NCBI RefSeq assembly: GCF_037042905.1
Contig: NC_087251.1
Coordinates: forward strand, 36,334,001 to 36,398,000
Direction of reading: 5' to 3'
Source: Lytechinus pictus
Lineage: Eukaryota
Length of the DNA stretch: 64,000 nucleotides
The notes under the pieces are model-generated. The model saw nothing but the letters and a program-made list of their open reading frames with translations, searched no databases and was not told where the DNA came from. A program made the position numbers and the translations under genes. Below, piece after piece: positions 13,095 through 26,841 of this stretch (position 1 is its first letter; each line of letters starts with the position of its first letter).

Positions 13095-13352
13095 TGTCAT
13101 GGCTCAGTGGATAATTTCTGGACTTTGAACCACAAGGTCCAGGGCTCAAATCCCACCACAGCACTCGTGTCCTTTTTCAAGGCATTTAATATCAGTTGCA
13201 AGTCTTTCCCAGATGTAGAAGATAGGTACCTGGTAAGAAGGAATAGCTTGAGCACCTAATTTTTGTAGCCCTCCTAAAGCCAATTTGACATTATGCAGTG
13301 CTTAGAAACATTGTATGAAGTGCTATATAAATGTTACTTTTATCATTATTAC
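13095..13352 (+). mobile_element. tRNA-derived SINE
   Basis: A-box-like TGGCTCAGTGG, B-box-like GCTCAAATC, central cccagatg..ggtacctgg motif, tail gtgctatataaatg..(att)n. Confidence 0.65.
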
Positions 13353-13722
13353 AGGAATGGATATTTAAAAAGTCACTTTTTAATCCCACTTCCTCTAAAA
13401 AAAGGAAGAAAGCAGATTGAATCAACCTTGTTAGAATGATAATCTGGTAAATCAATTGTGATCTGCTCAGTGGTTTTGACAAATAAAGAGGAAATGATTG
13501 ATTTCTTAATTTTCCCCCAAAAAATCCATATTACTGGGTTACCATGCACATTGAGATAGAAGGTGTGCCACTGTATACATTGTCAGTAAATAAGATAGAT
13601 GGATTAAGATTAAGGTTTATTATTAACAGTGAATAGACATGGATTAAGACTTGCTGTACCAGAAAATTAATGATTTGAATAGAAGCCCACTTTTGATTTG
13701 AAGGCATGACATTGTACCCTAA

Positions 13723-14619
13723 AGGGCCGTCTGCACCATCCCGAAGTTTCAAATTAGCGCGCTATTTCTGATCCGGCAAATTATCCCGATCTGAAAAATC
13801 TCGAGATAGTTGGCGGTGCAGACGCAATTATCGCGCTAGTTCGTAGGATTAATCTCGAGATTGCAATCCCAAGTCAACTCGGGTTTATTTGCAAAATAGC
13901 GCGCTATTTTACGAATTATCCCGCTAATTCGTCGGTGCAGACGCACTCGAGATTGGACTCGGGGTAATTTATTCATGACGTCAGTCCATAATGCAATTCG
14001 CGTTCCACTTCCGCCTTGGTCAAAACATAAACACGTGCGAAAGTCAACTTTATACATGCGAATAGCGTTCATAAGCAACGATGGTGTCCCCACCAGTGAA
14101 TGGATTTTGGGAGAGACCCCGGGAGAGACCAGACCGAAGGGGGAGGCGCTCATCGCATCGACGATGGTCATATTCAATAACAACACTGACAGCAGTGTTG
14201 TCTTATTCCTTCGCAAAATGTGAGCAAATAGCATTTCTTTCCTCCTTCTCCCTCTCTCTCTCTCTCTCTGTCGTTGCGTCCTACTCCGCCATCATATTTC
14301 ACGAAGAATACATCACTTCTTCACTCGCTGAGCTGAAAGGATTGTTGCATAACACCGGTTGAATTCGGCGAAAGTACTAATGAAAGGAGTTCATTGCTTG
14401 CATATCGCGGGAAGTTATTCAAAAGCGCGGGCCGTTGAAACTCCAAGATCCGAAAGTGCGCATGCCCGGAATATCGGGCTTGTTGCCTCGCTCGAGCAGA
14501 TATAGCTCCTCGTGGGATGGTGCAGACGGGGTTTCACGAATCTCGAGATTAATCGCGAAGAGGGCTGATCGGGCTAAAATCTCGAGATTGAGCAAACTCG
14601 GGATGGTGCAGCACCGCCT
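13723..14619 (+). mobile_element. Non-autonomous PIF/Harbinger-like DNA transposon
   Basis: Imperfect TIR agggccgtctgcaccatcccga / tcgggatggtgcagcaccgcct with a TAA duplication on both flanks; internally deleted relative at 45917-46178. Confidence 0.75.
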
Positions 14620-15379
14620 TAAGTAACAAAAGATTTAGGAAGACGAGGATTATCCACTGAATAGGGAAACTTATTCTTATACTAAAGTAGTTTGTTGGTT
14701 TAATTGGTTCTTTCAGACTTTTTTAAAATATACATGTAGAGCATTTTCAGACCATGAAAAACACAAAATATATAAAAAGAAAGGAGGAGGATCTCTTTGC
14801 TCCAGAATCCAGATCACCTTGTATTTCAAAATATAAAAAAAGGAAAATCGTGTGTTAGAAGAGATGTAGCCTATACGTTCCTTTTTTTTGTGTTGTTGTT
14901 TGAAAACTGGACCATTTGTCAATAAGAGTAGAAAAATAGAAGTTTTGGCGAAGAGATAACCCTGCATCTGTAACACTTGACAGGATGAGATGGCGTTAAT
15001 TGATTTCAGAAGGTTTTGCTTACTGTCCAAATATTTAAACTTTTTTCCTACATTTTACAAAGATTGTCACTTGGTGTTATTGTCTGATGTCAATTAGTGT
15101 GATAGGTTGTTGAATACGTTTATTAGATTTCATATTTGATGTAAATCAGTTGCCTACCTGTCAGCATTAAAACAAAGACTTGATATGAGAATCAATAAAA
15201 CACTCGGTTATAACATCAAAAAGTGACTTGAAAGAAGAGAAAGAAAGAAATCCCTTGTTCAAAATTTCATGGTATAACATGCAGTCTTTTACAATTACAA
15301 AGATATGGTACAGTCCCACTCGAAAAATGCAGACTGACAAAAGCTATAATGTTATTACCAATGGCATATCATAGGTCAG

Positions 15380-15640
15380 GGCCCCGTCTTACAAAGAGTT
15401 ACGATTGATCCAATCATTTGTAATTCTATGGAAATCCATCAGTGTCATAATTTTTTTCTACAGGAAATTTGCACAATGTCCTTCGTAAACAAAGAGAAGC
15501 ACAGTGAATTTTCAAGGAAACAATGAATGCTTGATCATAGAAAATAATTTTGAAGAAACATGCATAATAGATGTTGACGTTGCTGGCCGTCCATAGTTTT
15601 GACTGATCGGATCAGTCGCAATACTTTGTAAGACGGGGCC
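15380..15640. mobile_element. MITE with GGCCCCGTCTTACAAAG TIRs
   Basis: Perfect 17-bp TIR; flanks CAG and CTG. Confidence 0.8.
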
Positions 15641-15810
15641 CTGTTTGGAGTTGGTTTTGTTGATTTGTGACAAGTTTAGTTTCATGATTGATTTATCCGA
15701 CATATTATAAGCTGATGTAAAACATTCCACTCATGTTTACTGCCATGGGCTCATTGTTACTGTAGTCATTCACTATTTGATAGTATAAAGGAAAAAATGG
15801 GAGAGTAAAT

Positions 15811-16286
15811 AGGTGGTTTCAAACCGCCTCGATCGCAAGAATCCCCGTTAAATTACAAGAACATTTTTAGGCTAAAAAATACCCATTAATTATTCCTGCA
15901 TTCACACCGCCCCGAATCATACCCTTCGGGATAAATTCCTGAAGTTAGGAGCATGCGCAGTATGGTCTAATAAGCAGGCAAGGCGCGAGATTCAAAACCA
16001 CTAGCCCAGCAGCCACCCACGGCGCCCGCGCCCAACGACACGCTGGGCTAAAAGTTCCCGTAAATTGCTTTCACATTGCCAAAATACCTGCGACCTTGGA
16101 AAAATCCCCGCGAAAGTTCTCGTAATTTCGCCAAGTACCTACTATTTAGCGGGTATTTTCTTTCGGGGAAATTACGCGTAGTTTGCTTTCACATTACCAA
16201 AATACCTGGTATTTTCTGATCGGGGTAAATTTCCCGATCAGAGAATACCTGGAACTGACGAACTTCGAGGTGGTCTGAAACCACCT
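15811..16286 (+). mobile_element. MITE family A copy 1 (~477 bp, AGGTGGTTTC termini)
   Basis: TIR AGGTGGTTTCA..CC / GG..TGAAACCACCT, AAT duplication; five copies in the window. Confidence 0.9.
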
Positions 16287-16560
16287 AATGTGTGTCCAGG
16301 ACAGGGGATAAATATTTGAGCACATACTTGTAGGTGTGAAGAAATGACTTCAAAGAAAAGGGCTAGTTCAGGCATAAGATTGAGAGTTCATGATCACCCA
16401 AATGTTTACAAAAGAAGGTGAAATTAAGAAATTAAAGGGAAAATGCAATGTTGAATGAAGATAATTTATGTATATAACTAAGGATAAAATAAAAAAAAGC
16501 ATAGGTCTGTTAAATGAAACCTTGTCTTGAGGTAGTTAATCAACTACTTAATATGTCCTG

Positions 16561-16716
16561 GGCTCCGTAACACAAAGATTAGCAATCAATCGCTAAATGA
16601 ATTGACCATTCAAGATCAATGTTACATGCGCATTTGTCGCAAAATACTGACTAGGAACCAATCAGAAGTGTTCTTTCATATTTGCTATTCATCGCAATCC
16701 TTTGTGTTACAGAGCC
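16561..16716. mobile_element. MITE with CTG target duplication
   Basis: GGCTCCGTAACACAAAG / CTTTGTGTTACAGAGCC, CTG on both sides. Confidence 0.8.
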
Positions 16717-17130
16717 CTGATTGGCTGAATGAAAATTGTGTTGCATTTGATTTTATCTAAACAATTGCTCAATATGTATTTGGTCACCTAAGTAAAAGAT
16801 TACAGAAAAGTACTGAAAAGGATACAAATCAGGTAGGTAAAGGTAAAAATTTAACCCCAAGTAATGAGATATAAATTTGCCACCCATTATTATATTTTAT
16901 GAAAAGTTATCTCCTTTTATGTATTTTTTTTCCTGTCACGGTTTGTACATACCCACTTGTGCCAATATTAAACAATTTTTTGTTAATTAATGATAAAGTT
17001 ATATTTTTCAATTATTGGTTACATGACCACAAGAAATTGTGCTTGTAGTTGTGCAAAGTTTAATTGATCCATCTCAATTTATTATGCTTCTGTACCAAAT
17101 AAACAAAATGTTAGACTTGGGCTTATTCCC

Positions 17131-18100
17131 TTTTTGTCTCACCTGCATAGCAGAGTGAGACTATAGGCGCCGCTTTTCCGACGGCGGCGGCGACGGCGAC
17201 GGCGGCGGCGGCGTCAACACCAAATCTTAACCTGAGGTTAAGTTTTTGAAATGACAGCATAACTTAGAAAGTATATGGACCTAGTTCATGAAACTTGGCC
17301 ATAAGGTTAATCAAGTATTACTGAACATCCTGCCTGAGTTTCATGTCACATGACCAAGGTCAAAGGTCATTTAGGGTCAATGAACTTAGACCATGTTGGG
17401 GGAATCAACATCAAAATCTTAACCTAAGGTTAAGTTTTTGAAATGTCATCATAACTTAGAAAATATACGGACCTAGTTCATGAAACTTATACATAAGGTT
17501 AATCAAGTATCACTGAACATCCTGCATGAGTTTCACGTCACATGACCAAGGTCAAAGGTCATTTAGGGTCAATGAACTTTGGCCGAATTGGGGGTATCTG
17601 TTGAATTACCATCATAACTTTGAAAGTTTATGGATCTGATTCATGAAACTTGGACATAATAGTAATCAAGTATTACTGAACATCCTGTGCAAGTTTCAGG
17701 TCACATGATCAAGGTCAAAGGTCATTTAGGGTCAATGAACTTTGGCCAAATTGGGGTATTTGTTGAATTACAGCCATAAATTTGAAAGTGTGTTGGTCTA
17801 GTTCATAAAACTTGGACATAATAGTAATCAAGTATCACTGAACATCCTGTGCGAGTTTCAGGTCACATGATCAAGGTCAAAGGTCATGTAAAGTCAAAGA
17901 ACTTTGGCCACGTTGGGGGTATTTGTTGAATTGCCATCATATCTCTATAAGTGTATTGGTCTAGTTCATAAAACGTGGAAATAAGAGTAACCAAGTATCA
18001 CTGAACATCTTGTGCGAGTTATAGTAGTTTTCAAAATCAGCACTGCTGCTATATTGAATCGCGTGATGCAGGTGAGACGGCCAGAGGCATTCCACTTGTT
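17131..18100 (+). mobile_element. Helentron/HINE-like element family B copy 1
   Basis: 5' GTCTCACCTGCAT with stem-loop partner GTGAGAC, (GGC)n microsatellite, internal ~162-190-bp tandem repeats, 3' subterminal ATGCAGGTGAGAC, T-rich ends, no TSD; three near-identical copies. Confidence 0.8.
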
Positions 18101-18119
18101 ATTTGTGAAGGCCCTACTT

Positions 18120-18645
18120 CCCAGGGGGGTACTCAACCACAAAAGTGGTAGGTATGTGCCGCGGGCAAAAAAAAAACGGGGGCTTTGGGACGGGCTTATT
18201 GTAAAACGGAGGGTCCTCGGAACGGGCTTCGGAACTACAAATATTTGTCTTGAAACGGGTCGCCTGCGTGTGAGTGCGTATGCATCCCTATGGAACAAGC
18301 ATATGTGCATGTAGCTATCCCGGCGGCACGGGCGCCGGGTGCGCTCCCGCAGAGGCGATGATCGGACCGTTCTCTGCGGGTCGCTTTTCACCAAAAATAC
18401 AGCTCATTGTAGCAGATCAATGTGGCCGGAACGGCGTAACGAAAAATATGCGAAGCTTTGGAACAGATTTCTTTCTTCTTTCTCGATAAGAAGAAAATGC
18501 TATGCTTTGGATTGGCTTTCTTTGTTCTTTTTCTCAATAAGATAAAAATGCTATGCTTTGGAATGGAAATTTGAGTGTAAAAATGGGGGTCCTCTCCGCA
18601 GCACATACCCACTACGCATTACATACTGAGTGCCTACCCCCCAGG
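18120..18645. mobile_element. Non-autonomous DNA transposon with 8-9-bp TSD
   Basis: cccaggggggtactca...tatgtgccgcgg / ccgcagcacata...tgagtgcctaccccccagg, flanked by (g)ccctactt on both sides. Confidence 0.75.
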
Positions 18646-19536
18646 CCCTACTTGTCTTTTTAGTATCCAAGTTATTACCAAAATCTTGTTTTTTTTCCAT
18701 TCAGTTTACCTGTTAACTCATGTTGGAGAACCAGACAATAAATCCTGATGTTGAAGTTTTTTGCATACATTATGTGAATGAACTAGAATCTGTACATTGG
18801 CAAGGAACTGCACATAATCCAAAGTTCACGCTGTGCGCTGTCTCTTGTTACAGACCTGTAATAAATTGCTTGTTTGCAAACATGCTGAATGTCAACATAA
18901 TCTAAGATTGACTCCAAAATATGTCAACTCCATATTTACACTGCCCTGGTTTTGTGTGAATACTGTGGGATATATTTTTTTGTGGGGGGGGGGGGGGGGT
19001 GGACGTAATGTAATGAACTTCAAGTAAAGTGTAAAGAGTTTTAAGAACAAATTGCATTTATCCACAAAAAAGTAAATCATGTGAATTACTTTGAAAATCA
19101 GTTGATCAACAGAGGAGCTCATCAGAGAGAGGGGAGGGGGGAGTGAGGAAGAAGGGGGAGGGGTGGAGATGGAGCAAGGTTGATGCGAAATAGACACAAC
19201 AAAGGAAATTGAAGAAGATATTTCCCCCATTTTGGCCCTTCCTAGCCATGCACTTGTGAATTTGGTGCATCGGGGTGGGGGGAGGGGTGATATGGCACAA
19301 TATCATCCTCTCCTACATACAAAATTTTAAACTCAAGGGGGGTTCCCCTCCAGGATTGCTACCCTTGTTCCAAGCTATTCATGAAATAAGTGTACATGTC
19401 ATCCTATAATACAGAATGGTTTACTCAGAAATGTGCAGTGTTCACATATTATTTCAGAGGAGATCGGCTGGTAGGAGAAACATTTTCAGAAGTCAAGACC
19501 ACATCTCTGGGCTTTGGCCTGCAGTTGACTCTTCAC

Positions 19537-19882
19537 TGTTTGAAGGCAATAAAGAGGGCATAATATATGTCTTCATTTCTTTGTTCAGTCTATAACTGTT
19601 GAGTGTCATACAAGCCAGACATTCGCAAGGTCATTGTATTTGGATTTATATGGATTAACTGGGAAATCATTAAACAAAAACTCTGAAAAGATGTTTAAAA
19701 AGGTAATTTTTGTGTGATATAGCTTAAATGTACGGAATGTTCTAGTTTGAAGTCAATTAAAGAGGGCATACATGTATCATTATTTCTTCAGTTTTTTGCA
19801 AGGTCATTATGTTTGAATTTTATTTCACTGGGAAAATCTAAACGTTTCCTGGAAAAGTGAATGGAAGAGTAATTTTTGTGTA
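19537..19882. repeat. Old tandem duplication, ~205-bp spacing
   Basis: gtttgaag.caat.aaagagggcata...gcaaggtcatt...actgggaaa...gtaatttttgtgt occurs twice. Confidence 0.6.
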
Positions 19883-20264
19883 GCAATTCTACAAATACAT
19901 CCTTGGCATTGCAATCTTGAGAATAAGCCAACAAAATAGCTTGCTAATCACAATTCTGTTAATAATTATTATAATAATTCATAATTATTCTGATCAGAAT
20001 AATTTTCTGGATCAGAAACGGTGTGATAATTTTAAAACTCTGGGTTGTGAAGATGGCCTACTGATGTCTAGTTTCGGGGTCAATGACCTAGAACTGCTAG
20101 GAGTCATTCTTCATTGTTTATTCATTGGAGGATAACATTACTTTCATCTTAATTGCATTTTGCTGTGGGTTCTGAGAGAGACACCTCAGGCAAACTTTGG
20201 AAAAGGAGGGGATATGATACCAATTATTACTATGCAATTCCCTCTTTTGGGGTTGGGTGAAAAT

Positions 20265-20741
20265 AGGTGGTTTCAGACCGCCTCGAAGTTCGTCAATTCC
20301 AGGTATTCTCTGATCGGGAAATTTACCCCGATCAGAAAATACCAGGTATTTTTGGTAATGTGAAAGCAAACTACGCGTAATTTCCCCGAAAGAAAATACC
20401 CGCTAAATAGTAGGTACTTGGCGAAATTCCAAGAACTTTCGCGGGGATTTTTCCAAGGTCGCAGGTATTTTGGCAATGTGAAAGCAAATTACGGGAACTT
20501 TTAGCCCAGCGTGTTGTTGGGCGCGGATGGTGTGGGTGGCTGCTGGGCTAGTGGTTTTGAATCACGCGCCTTGCCTGCTTATTAGACCATACTGCGCATG
20601 CTCCTAACTTCAGGAATTTATCCCGAAGGGTATGTTTCGGGGCGGTGTGAATGCAGGAATAATTAATGGGTATTTTTTAGTCTAAAAATGTTCTCGTAAT
20701 TTAACGGGGATTCTTGTGATCGAGGCGGTTTGAAACCACCT
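20265..20741 (-). mobile_element. MITE family A copy 2 (inverted)
   Basis: Reverse complement of 15811-16286; AAT duplication. Confidence 0.9.
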
Positions 20742-22134
20742 AATAAGAGTAAGAGAGAGGAAAAGAGAGGGTGAGAGAGAGAGAAAGAAAGAGAAAAGTA
20801 TGAGTTTTTCTAGAGGAACTCATGTTTGATGAATTTTATTGATGATTTTTTCATTTGGCAGTAAAAGGATAATATTACCGATCATTATCATAAAAAATAT
20901 TGTTCTTGGTCAAGCATTTTTTTTTGGATAGACTGTTCAGGCTAGATTTTTGCAATCGATAGTGTCATATTGCCCTTTTACTTGCCGAACAACATAAAGT
21001 AAAAAAAAAATATAGCCTACTAGATTCTTTGAAATTTATAATTTTTTCATAAAACACAAATTATATCATTCATCATTATAAAAAAAACTTAAAAAGTCAG
21101 AACCTTCAATATCTTTCATAACATTTATACCTCTTTCAAGCACTTCTGAAAATAATTTGACCCCCCTGAATCCAATTTTCAAAACTTCTCCAAGATATTG
21201 TGAGAAAGTTGTCAAATATATACCAGTAAATCATATCTTATTTGATATGCTTGACAGAATTACCCTTTTACCTGTGTAGATCTACACCACTCCCAGGGGT
21301 ACTGTACCTGGCTTTTTCGTCTTAACCTCAGTACCAATTTATGTCTGATGGGGGAAGGTGAAGTTAATTTGTACCCCTTGCCCTAAGGCATTACCAAACC
21401 ATTAACAGCTGTTATAATCCATATCGGATCCTAAATTGAGGATTATGGGCCCAATTTACTCCTGCAGAAGCCACCTGTGAAAGTCGATGAAAAAAAAAAG
21501 TTGAAGAAAAATGTAAGTAAACTTGAGAAAAAATATGATATCAGATATATTTGAAATAGTGCATTTCATTTTCGGGAGTTAAATTGGGAATGAAGGGACT
21601 CTTTTTTTTAAATGTCAATACTGAAATCATTTTTCAAGATTTCATTTCAATACTTTAATTTCAACAATGAAAGTGAATAGTTAATTAGAAAATAAATGAC
21701 TATTCGCTGATGCTGAAATTGAATTCTGAATCAGGGTAGTATGAAATTTCAATGAGTTTATTACCTAAACTCACAAAAGCTTTCTTCACATTGCTTAGCA
21801 AAACATTCAACAGATAACGCCAAAATGTATATGAGTGGCCGTTACTCGTTAGTGCCAAAATAAGTAAAATTTGTCAAAAAATAAACAATATGAATCACTT
21901 TGTGAACAAGGAAGCGGATAATTGATAAACTTTGTCAAGCTCAATACCAGTATATTAAAAATCAATTTATAAAACAACATTTTATTTTTCAAATTTTTAA
22001 TTGATTTTGCCCTAAAATTCTGTCCATAATTTGATTTTTAGTGTTGGCTTCAAGTTTGCTCCATAATAAATAGAACGCAATAGATTTTTTGGGGGGGATT
22101 TTGTACCATAAATGCAAGTTGGGACTACTGAATT

Positions 22135-22480
22135 ATTGTTTGTCAATATGGATACTTAAAAATCCCCTTTTGTTAAGTAAATAGTAGGAACAAAATATAA
22201 TAAATAGAGTTGTTTTTCAGACAAAGCAATAACATGTTTTTGTATCTGGATTTTTTTTTGTGTGTGAACAGAACTTTCAATTCTTTTCTCTTGTAACTTA
22301 TCATATTTTTTACGATATATTTATCGTGCTCAAATACAACCATTGATTTATTGTTTGCCAATGTGGATACTTAAATATGTACAGATTATATCATTTGGTG
22401 AAATGAATAGCAGGGCTAAAATATTAGGTTCTTTGAGATAATCATAAAGCAATAACATGTTTGGTGTAAGGATATTTTTC
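22135..22480. repeat. Old tandem duplication, ~215-bp spacing
   Basis: ttgtttg.caat.tggatacttaaa and aaagcaataacatgttt each occur twice. Confidence 0.55.
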
Positions 22481-24746
22481 CTCATAGAATGGTGGTGTAA
22501 ATTTGTGAACCATGATTTGCCTAGAGGGCTCGAGCATTTATCAAATAGGAAAATCTAATAATGCTACGTACTGTTGATGAAGAGAGTACAAGGCACTTCA
22601 AAGAGCGGATAATTTTGAGGCGGTGAAACATGATTTCTAGTGATTATTTTTCAGGGCAAGTTGGTCAATGCGAACCCTTCTTGATTTGTTCCTGAATGGG
22701 GTGTGTGGGGTGGTCATGACTTTGAGTGATGGAAGCAGAAGGGGTACTCCCTGCCATGAACGAATTGTTCCCCTTAAATTTGACCCCCAAACCAACAAAA
22801 ATACCAAGTACCGCACAAATTGCATTTTCTTGCATTCAGTTTTCTGATTGAAAATTTGATTCGTGAGAGAGTCAAATTCATGAAGGCTGAGGAGGGGGGG
22901 GGGGGGGTGGGGGTAGTGGCTGAACCTGTATATTTCTGAAGTTTGCGAAATGTTGAGGATATGATAGGGAACTCAACACCACTACATTATGGAAATAGGT
23001 CTTTTGATTAGGTGTAGAGTAGATTTTGATTTTTTTTTCTCTATTGGTACCTGTTTATGATTGCATCCCCACTCTTTGTATACCTCGCTTTAATTTAAGA
23101 ATTTTGAATAATTAATCTTAGAGATCTGATTGGTTGAAAGTTTATTCATAATGATTTCAGGGTCAAAGAGCTATGTCCATTGTACTGGATAACTGGCAGC
23201 ATTGGCAGCGACGACACACCCTGCAAATATGAGTCAGGATGCTATACAGTGTACTGGAGCGATCAAAGAAATTCAGGCATCTTCCCAGTGGAAATTCTTT
23301 TGTGATATTTCTAAATACAATATATGTAGACTGCTTGGGCATTCAGAGTTTTTGCACATAGATGTAGGTGCAACTCTTGGCTTGTGAGTGTTCTACCTGT
23401 TCTTACAAGCCCCCTCCACTCATAACGAACCAATTTTACCCCCCTGCCCCCTCCCCGGCCCCCTCCCCGGCCCCTGTCTCAGCCTATGTAGGTCTGGAGC
23501 TTGCAATGAGTTTTGATAGCTTCTGGTAAAAATAGAGTATATGGACCTTAGAATTTGAATAACAATAGAAAAAATATCCAAGTGGGTGAGAATGTGTCTT
23601 GTATGGACTTTGTTTAGCCTGTTTGTCTAGAGAGATAAATATGTTCATCTAGATATTCAGATATTATCATTGCTCCCATGTGTAGCTATAACTAATATAA
23701 CTAATACTAATATACTAATCAAATGCGTTGGACATTGCATGCAGGTGTATTACATTTATTTTAGGAGCACAAGTGTGTGCAGACCTTCCAGATTTTAATT
23801 CTTTTAATCTTAAAAAAGATTTATTTCAAAATATACCCAAACTTTATGAGAAAATATATTTTTGATCTGCCGATCTATAGCAAAGACAAAATGCTTTTTA
23901 CTGAGCCAAGTAGAGAATCTTTCTAGTGAATGAAATTACTTGCCTTATTCCCATGCAATCAGATGCAGTGCAGATATTTAAAGTGTGAGTTCTACTCACC
24001 AACACCCCCCCCCCCCCAAAAAAAAAAAAGATGTAAAAAATACACAACAGTATTCCATTTAATGATTTTTAACTTGGGGAATGTAGTAAAATGAAAGTAT
24101 TTTTTATATAAAGTAAGTGATGCATTCAAATTAATTTGTAGATGGTATTTTAGATGTGTAAAAGAGTCTTTTATTTTAAAAGGTTGGACTTTCATTGAAT
24201 ACCTGGACCCAAGCGATAGAAGATACTTGGTGAATTAAAATGATGTCTTGAAAATTCATATCATCATGGTTAGAAACGTTTTATTTTCAAGGCCATTTTT
24301 ATTGTCTTTCTTTTCAACTGTTACATGTCCTTTCTATTTTCTTACTGCCGATTCCCCAAATGAATTTTTGAGGCCCTGTTTCATAAAACCTGTTGTAATA
24401 ACGAATTTGCGAAAAAAAATGTGCATTTGTTATGATAACAAGATTTATGAAACTGCACCAAGTTCTATTTTCATCCTTACACCACAGTGAATAATTTAAC
24501 AGTCATTGTCACTTCTGTTTCAAATGAGATCAACCCATAACTTGTTCATTCGCTGTCCCAGACAATCTGTATATCCATGCTCATTCATGGGTTTTGTAAA
24601 GTGACTTTTGAACCAGCGAAAACTACAAACTTCTGTTTCATGTTGTTGACATACCCTACCTGTTTGCATATGAGATTCATAAAGCTATGGATTGAAGTCC
24701 GGTCACACAAATGATCTAAACGTTTTGGGGGTGTTGGGTGCTTCAT

Positions 24747-25164
24747 GGGCCCGTTCTCACTATCGTCCTAAAACTAGTTTACTGGAAAGTAGTTTAGTGG
24801 AAACTAGTTTAACATGTAATGAGAGTGCTCTAAGCGGTCTTGGAAGTGATCTTCCAAACTAGTTTAGAAACCGCATCGCGATGTAGTTTTCAAGATTGTT
24901 TTGCCGCGTTAAACTGGTTTTAGCGTAAGTGAGGGCACAACCGTCCACACATGTCTATGCTGTAGTTTCAAATTTCACGCAAAACATACCGCCCCTCTGA
25001 GAGCGTTCCTGTAGCAACAAGACTGCTTTTCGTTAATGGGTACTTGGAAACCACTTTTGGGTGATCAGATGGGAATGCCAGCAAAGCGATCTTCCAAACT
25101 GGTTTCCCCGAACCGGTTTCCAGTAAACTACGGTAGTTTTAGAAAGTATAATGAGAACGGGGTC
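24747..25164 (+). mobile_element. MITE (Harbinger-like)
   Basis: TIR ccgttctca...ctaaaacta / tagttttag...tgagaacgg; partial copy at 10209. Confidence 0.7.
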
Positions 25165-25375
25165 TCTGAGATTGATGCCAGGTCACACAAATGATCTAAA
25201 TGGTGTATACTATCCCAACTGGTGACCTGGCACATGAAATGATTTATTTAAACTTCTCTGATACCGAAAAAAGAGATTGGGAATGATGTGATATTGTATG
25301 GTGACAGGGTGATATATGAGGGCAGACACTGAGCAAAAGATATTGAGAGCATTTCTATGAATACAGTGCTGCTAA

Positions 25376-25526
25376 TACCTTGGTCACATTTGATCTACGG
25401 CGAGTCGATAACAGCCGTTTTATTCATTTTTATTCAAACCACCTATATTTAGCTGGTACAAGAAATGTTAAAACGGCTGTTTTCGACTCGCCGTATGGCC
25501 GCCGTAAAGCAAATGTGACCAAGCTA
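25376..25526. mobile_element. Palindromic Harbinger-like MITE
   Basis: TACCTTGGTCACATTTG / CAAATGTGACCAAGCTA with TAA duplication. Confidence 0.8.
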
Positions 25527-26841
25527 TAAACAGTTAGTGAACCCCACCAGAAAATGAACATATTTTAAGTGTTCTAGATATTTAACTCATTGTATATTTA
25601 GGTGATAAAATGTTACATGCAATATAGTTTGTTTCTCTGGGCTTGCTGAACATTGTAGTGTTGTTGTCTACATTCAACACTCAGCATGAAAGAGTGCATT
25701 TTGTGGTAGGGTTCACCAACTTTTGAGCACAGCTGTAGTTTGGTTAGATTTTTGTAGCAATACATCTCATAACATAAACGGACTGAGAGATACCGTAGTG
25801 AATCAAACAAAAATTTTTTTTAGTACTATCTTAAGATTTATAAGTTTTTGTTAGATTTACTATCGTACACATGCTTTTTATTTGGTAAGATACCAATTGC
25901 AACAGCATTTTGGACCCACCTCCCCCATTAAAAGGAGAAAACGACAATTTATACTTGATTTTATATTGTGCAAAGCGATATGCTTTGTATTCAGGGATTT
26001 GTTCAAATTGAAATCAATACACTCTAAAAACACAAAAACATGGAAAAGATGGAAAAGGGCTGAGGAATGACAGTGTCCATTCTTATTAAAAATGATATCA
26101 CTCCTCTGCCTTTTACAAGGGTGATTTACCCCTCTCCATCCTATCATTCTTTATAGTGTATCTGAAAACTTATTTTTCTGAATATGGCTAATAATAAATA
26201 TAGAGAATGGATCCATTATTTCTATTGTGTGACAAACTTTTCTAGCCTTACTCTGTAATTTGTTGATGACCTAGATAAACAAGAATATTCTATTCTGCAG
26301 AATTTAAATAAATATTAAGAAACTGCTTAATGAATTGCCATTTAAACAGAAATTTGATATAGGCTTTTTTTTTACTTCTCAGAAAATCTGCATGTATCTT
26401 TTTCACGAAGAGGGAGTTTCAATGCAGTTTAAATCAAAAGCTGGTCCAATTTTTGTCAAAGGGGTAAGCCAGTACTCCTTTGTGCAGTATCTGCCTATTT
26501 TCCTCAGGCACGTAGAGTTGGATGCAATCAAAGAATCCAACTCAATCAAAGAACGAAAGAATTGCCCTTTTGGTGACTTTTTCCAAAGTGACTTTGTCTG
26601 AAAGAGAAAAGAAGAAAATGCTTAATTGTAGAGCTGCTTAGGACCTGAGGATCGGAAACAAAGGCATTGTTACCCAAGGGGTACATGAAATGCACCCATA
26701 CATGTGTGAAACAGGTGCCATTGGAGGGCAAAGTCAGTTGCAGCCTGTTCAGATATAAAATGTTTATTCCAAACTAAATGAATAAACGTTGATTTGAATA
26801 TGGAAATAAATGATTGAATTTTAAAAAGTGGGTGCCATTAA

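Noticed and set aside
13095..13165. tRNA-like heads at 13095, 34330, 50985 and 56540 as tRNA genes
   Set aside because: Stems do not pair properly and they continue into SINE bodies.
13836..14626. Cluster of overlapping ORFs up to 132 aa
   Set aside because: They fall in a GC-richer non-autonomous transposon and show no transposase or Myb motif.
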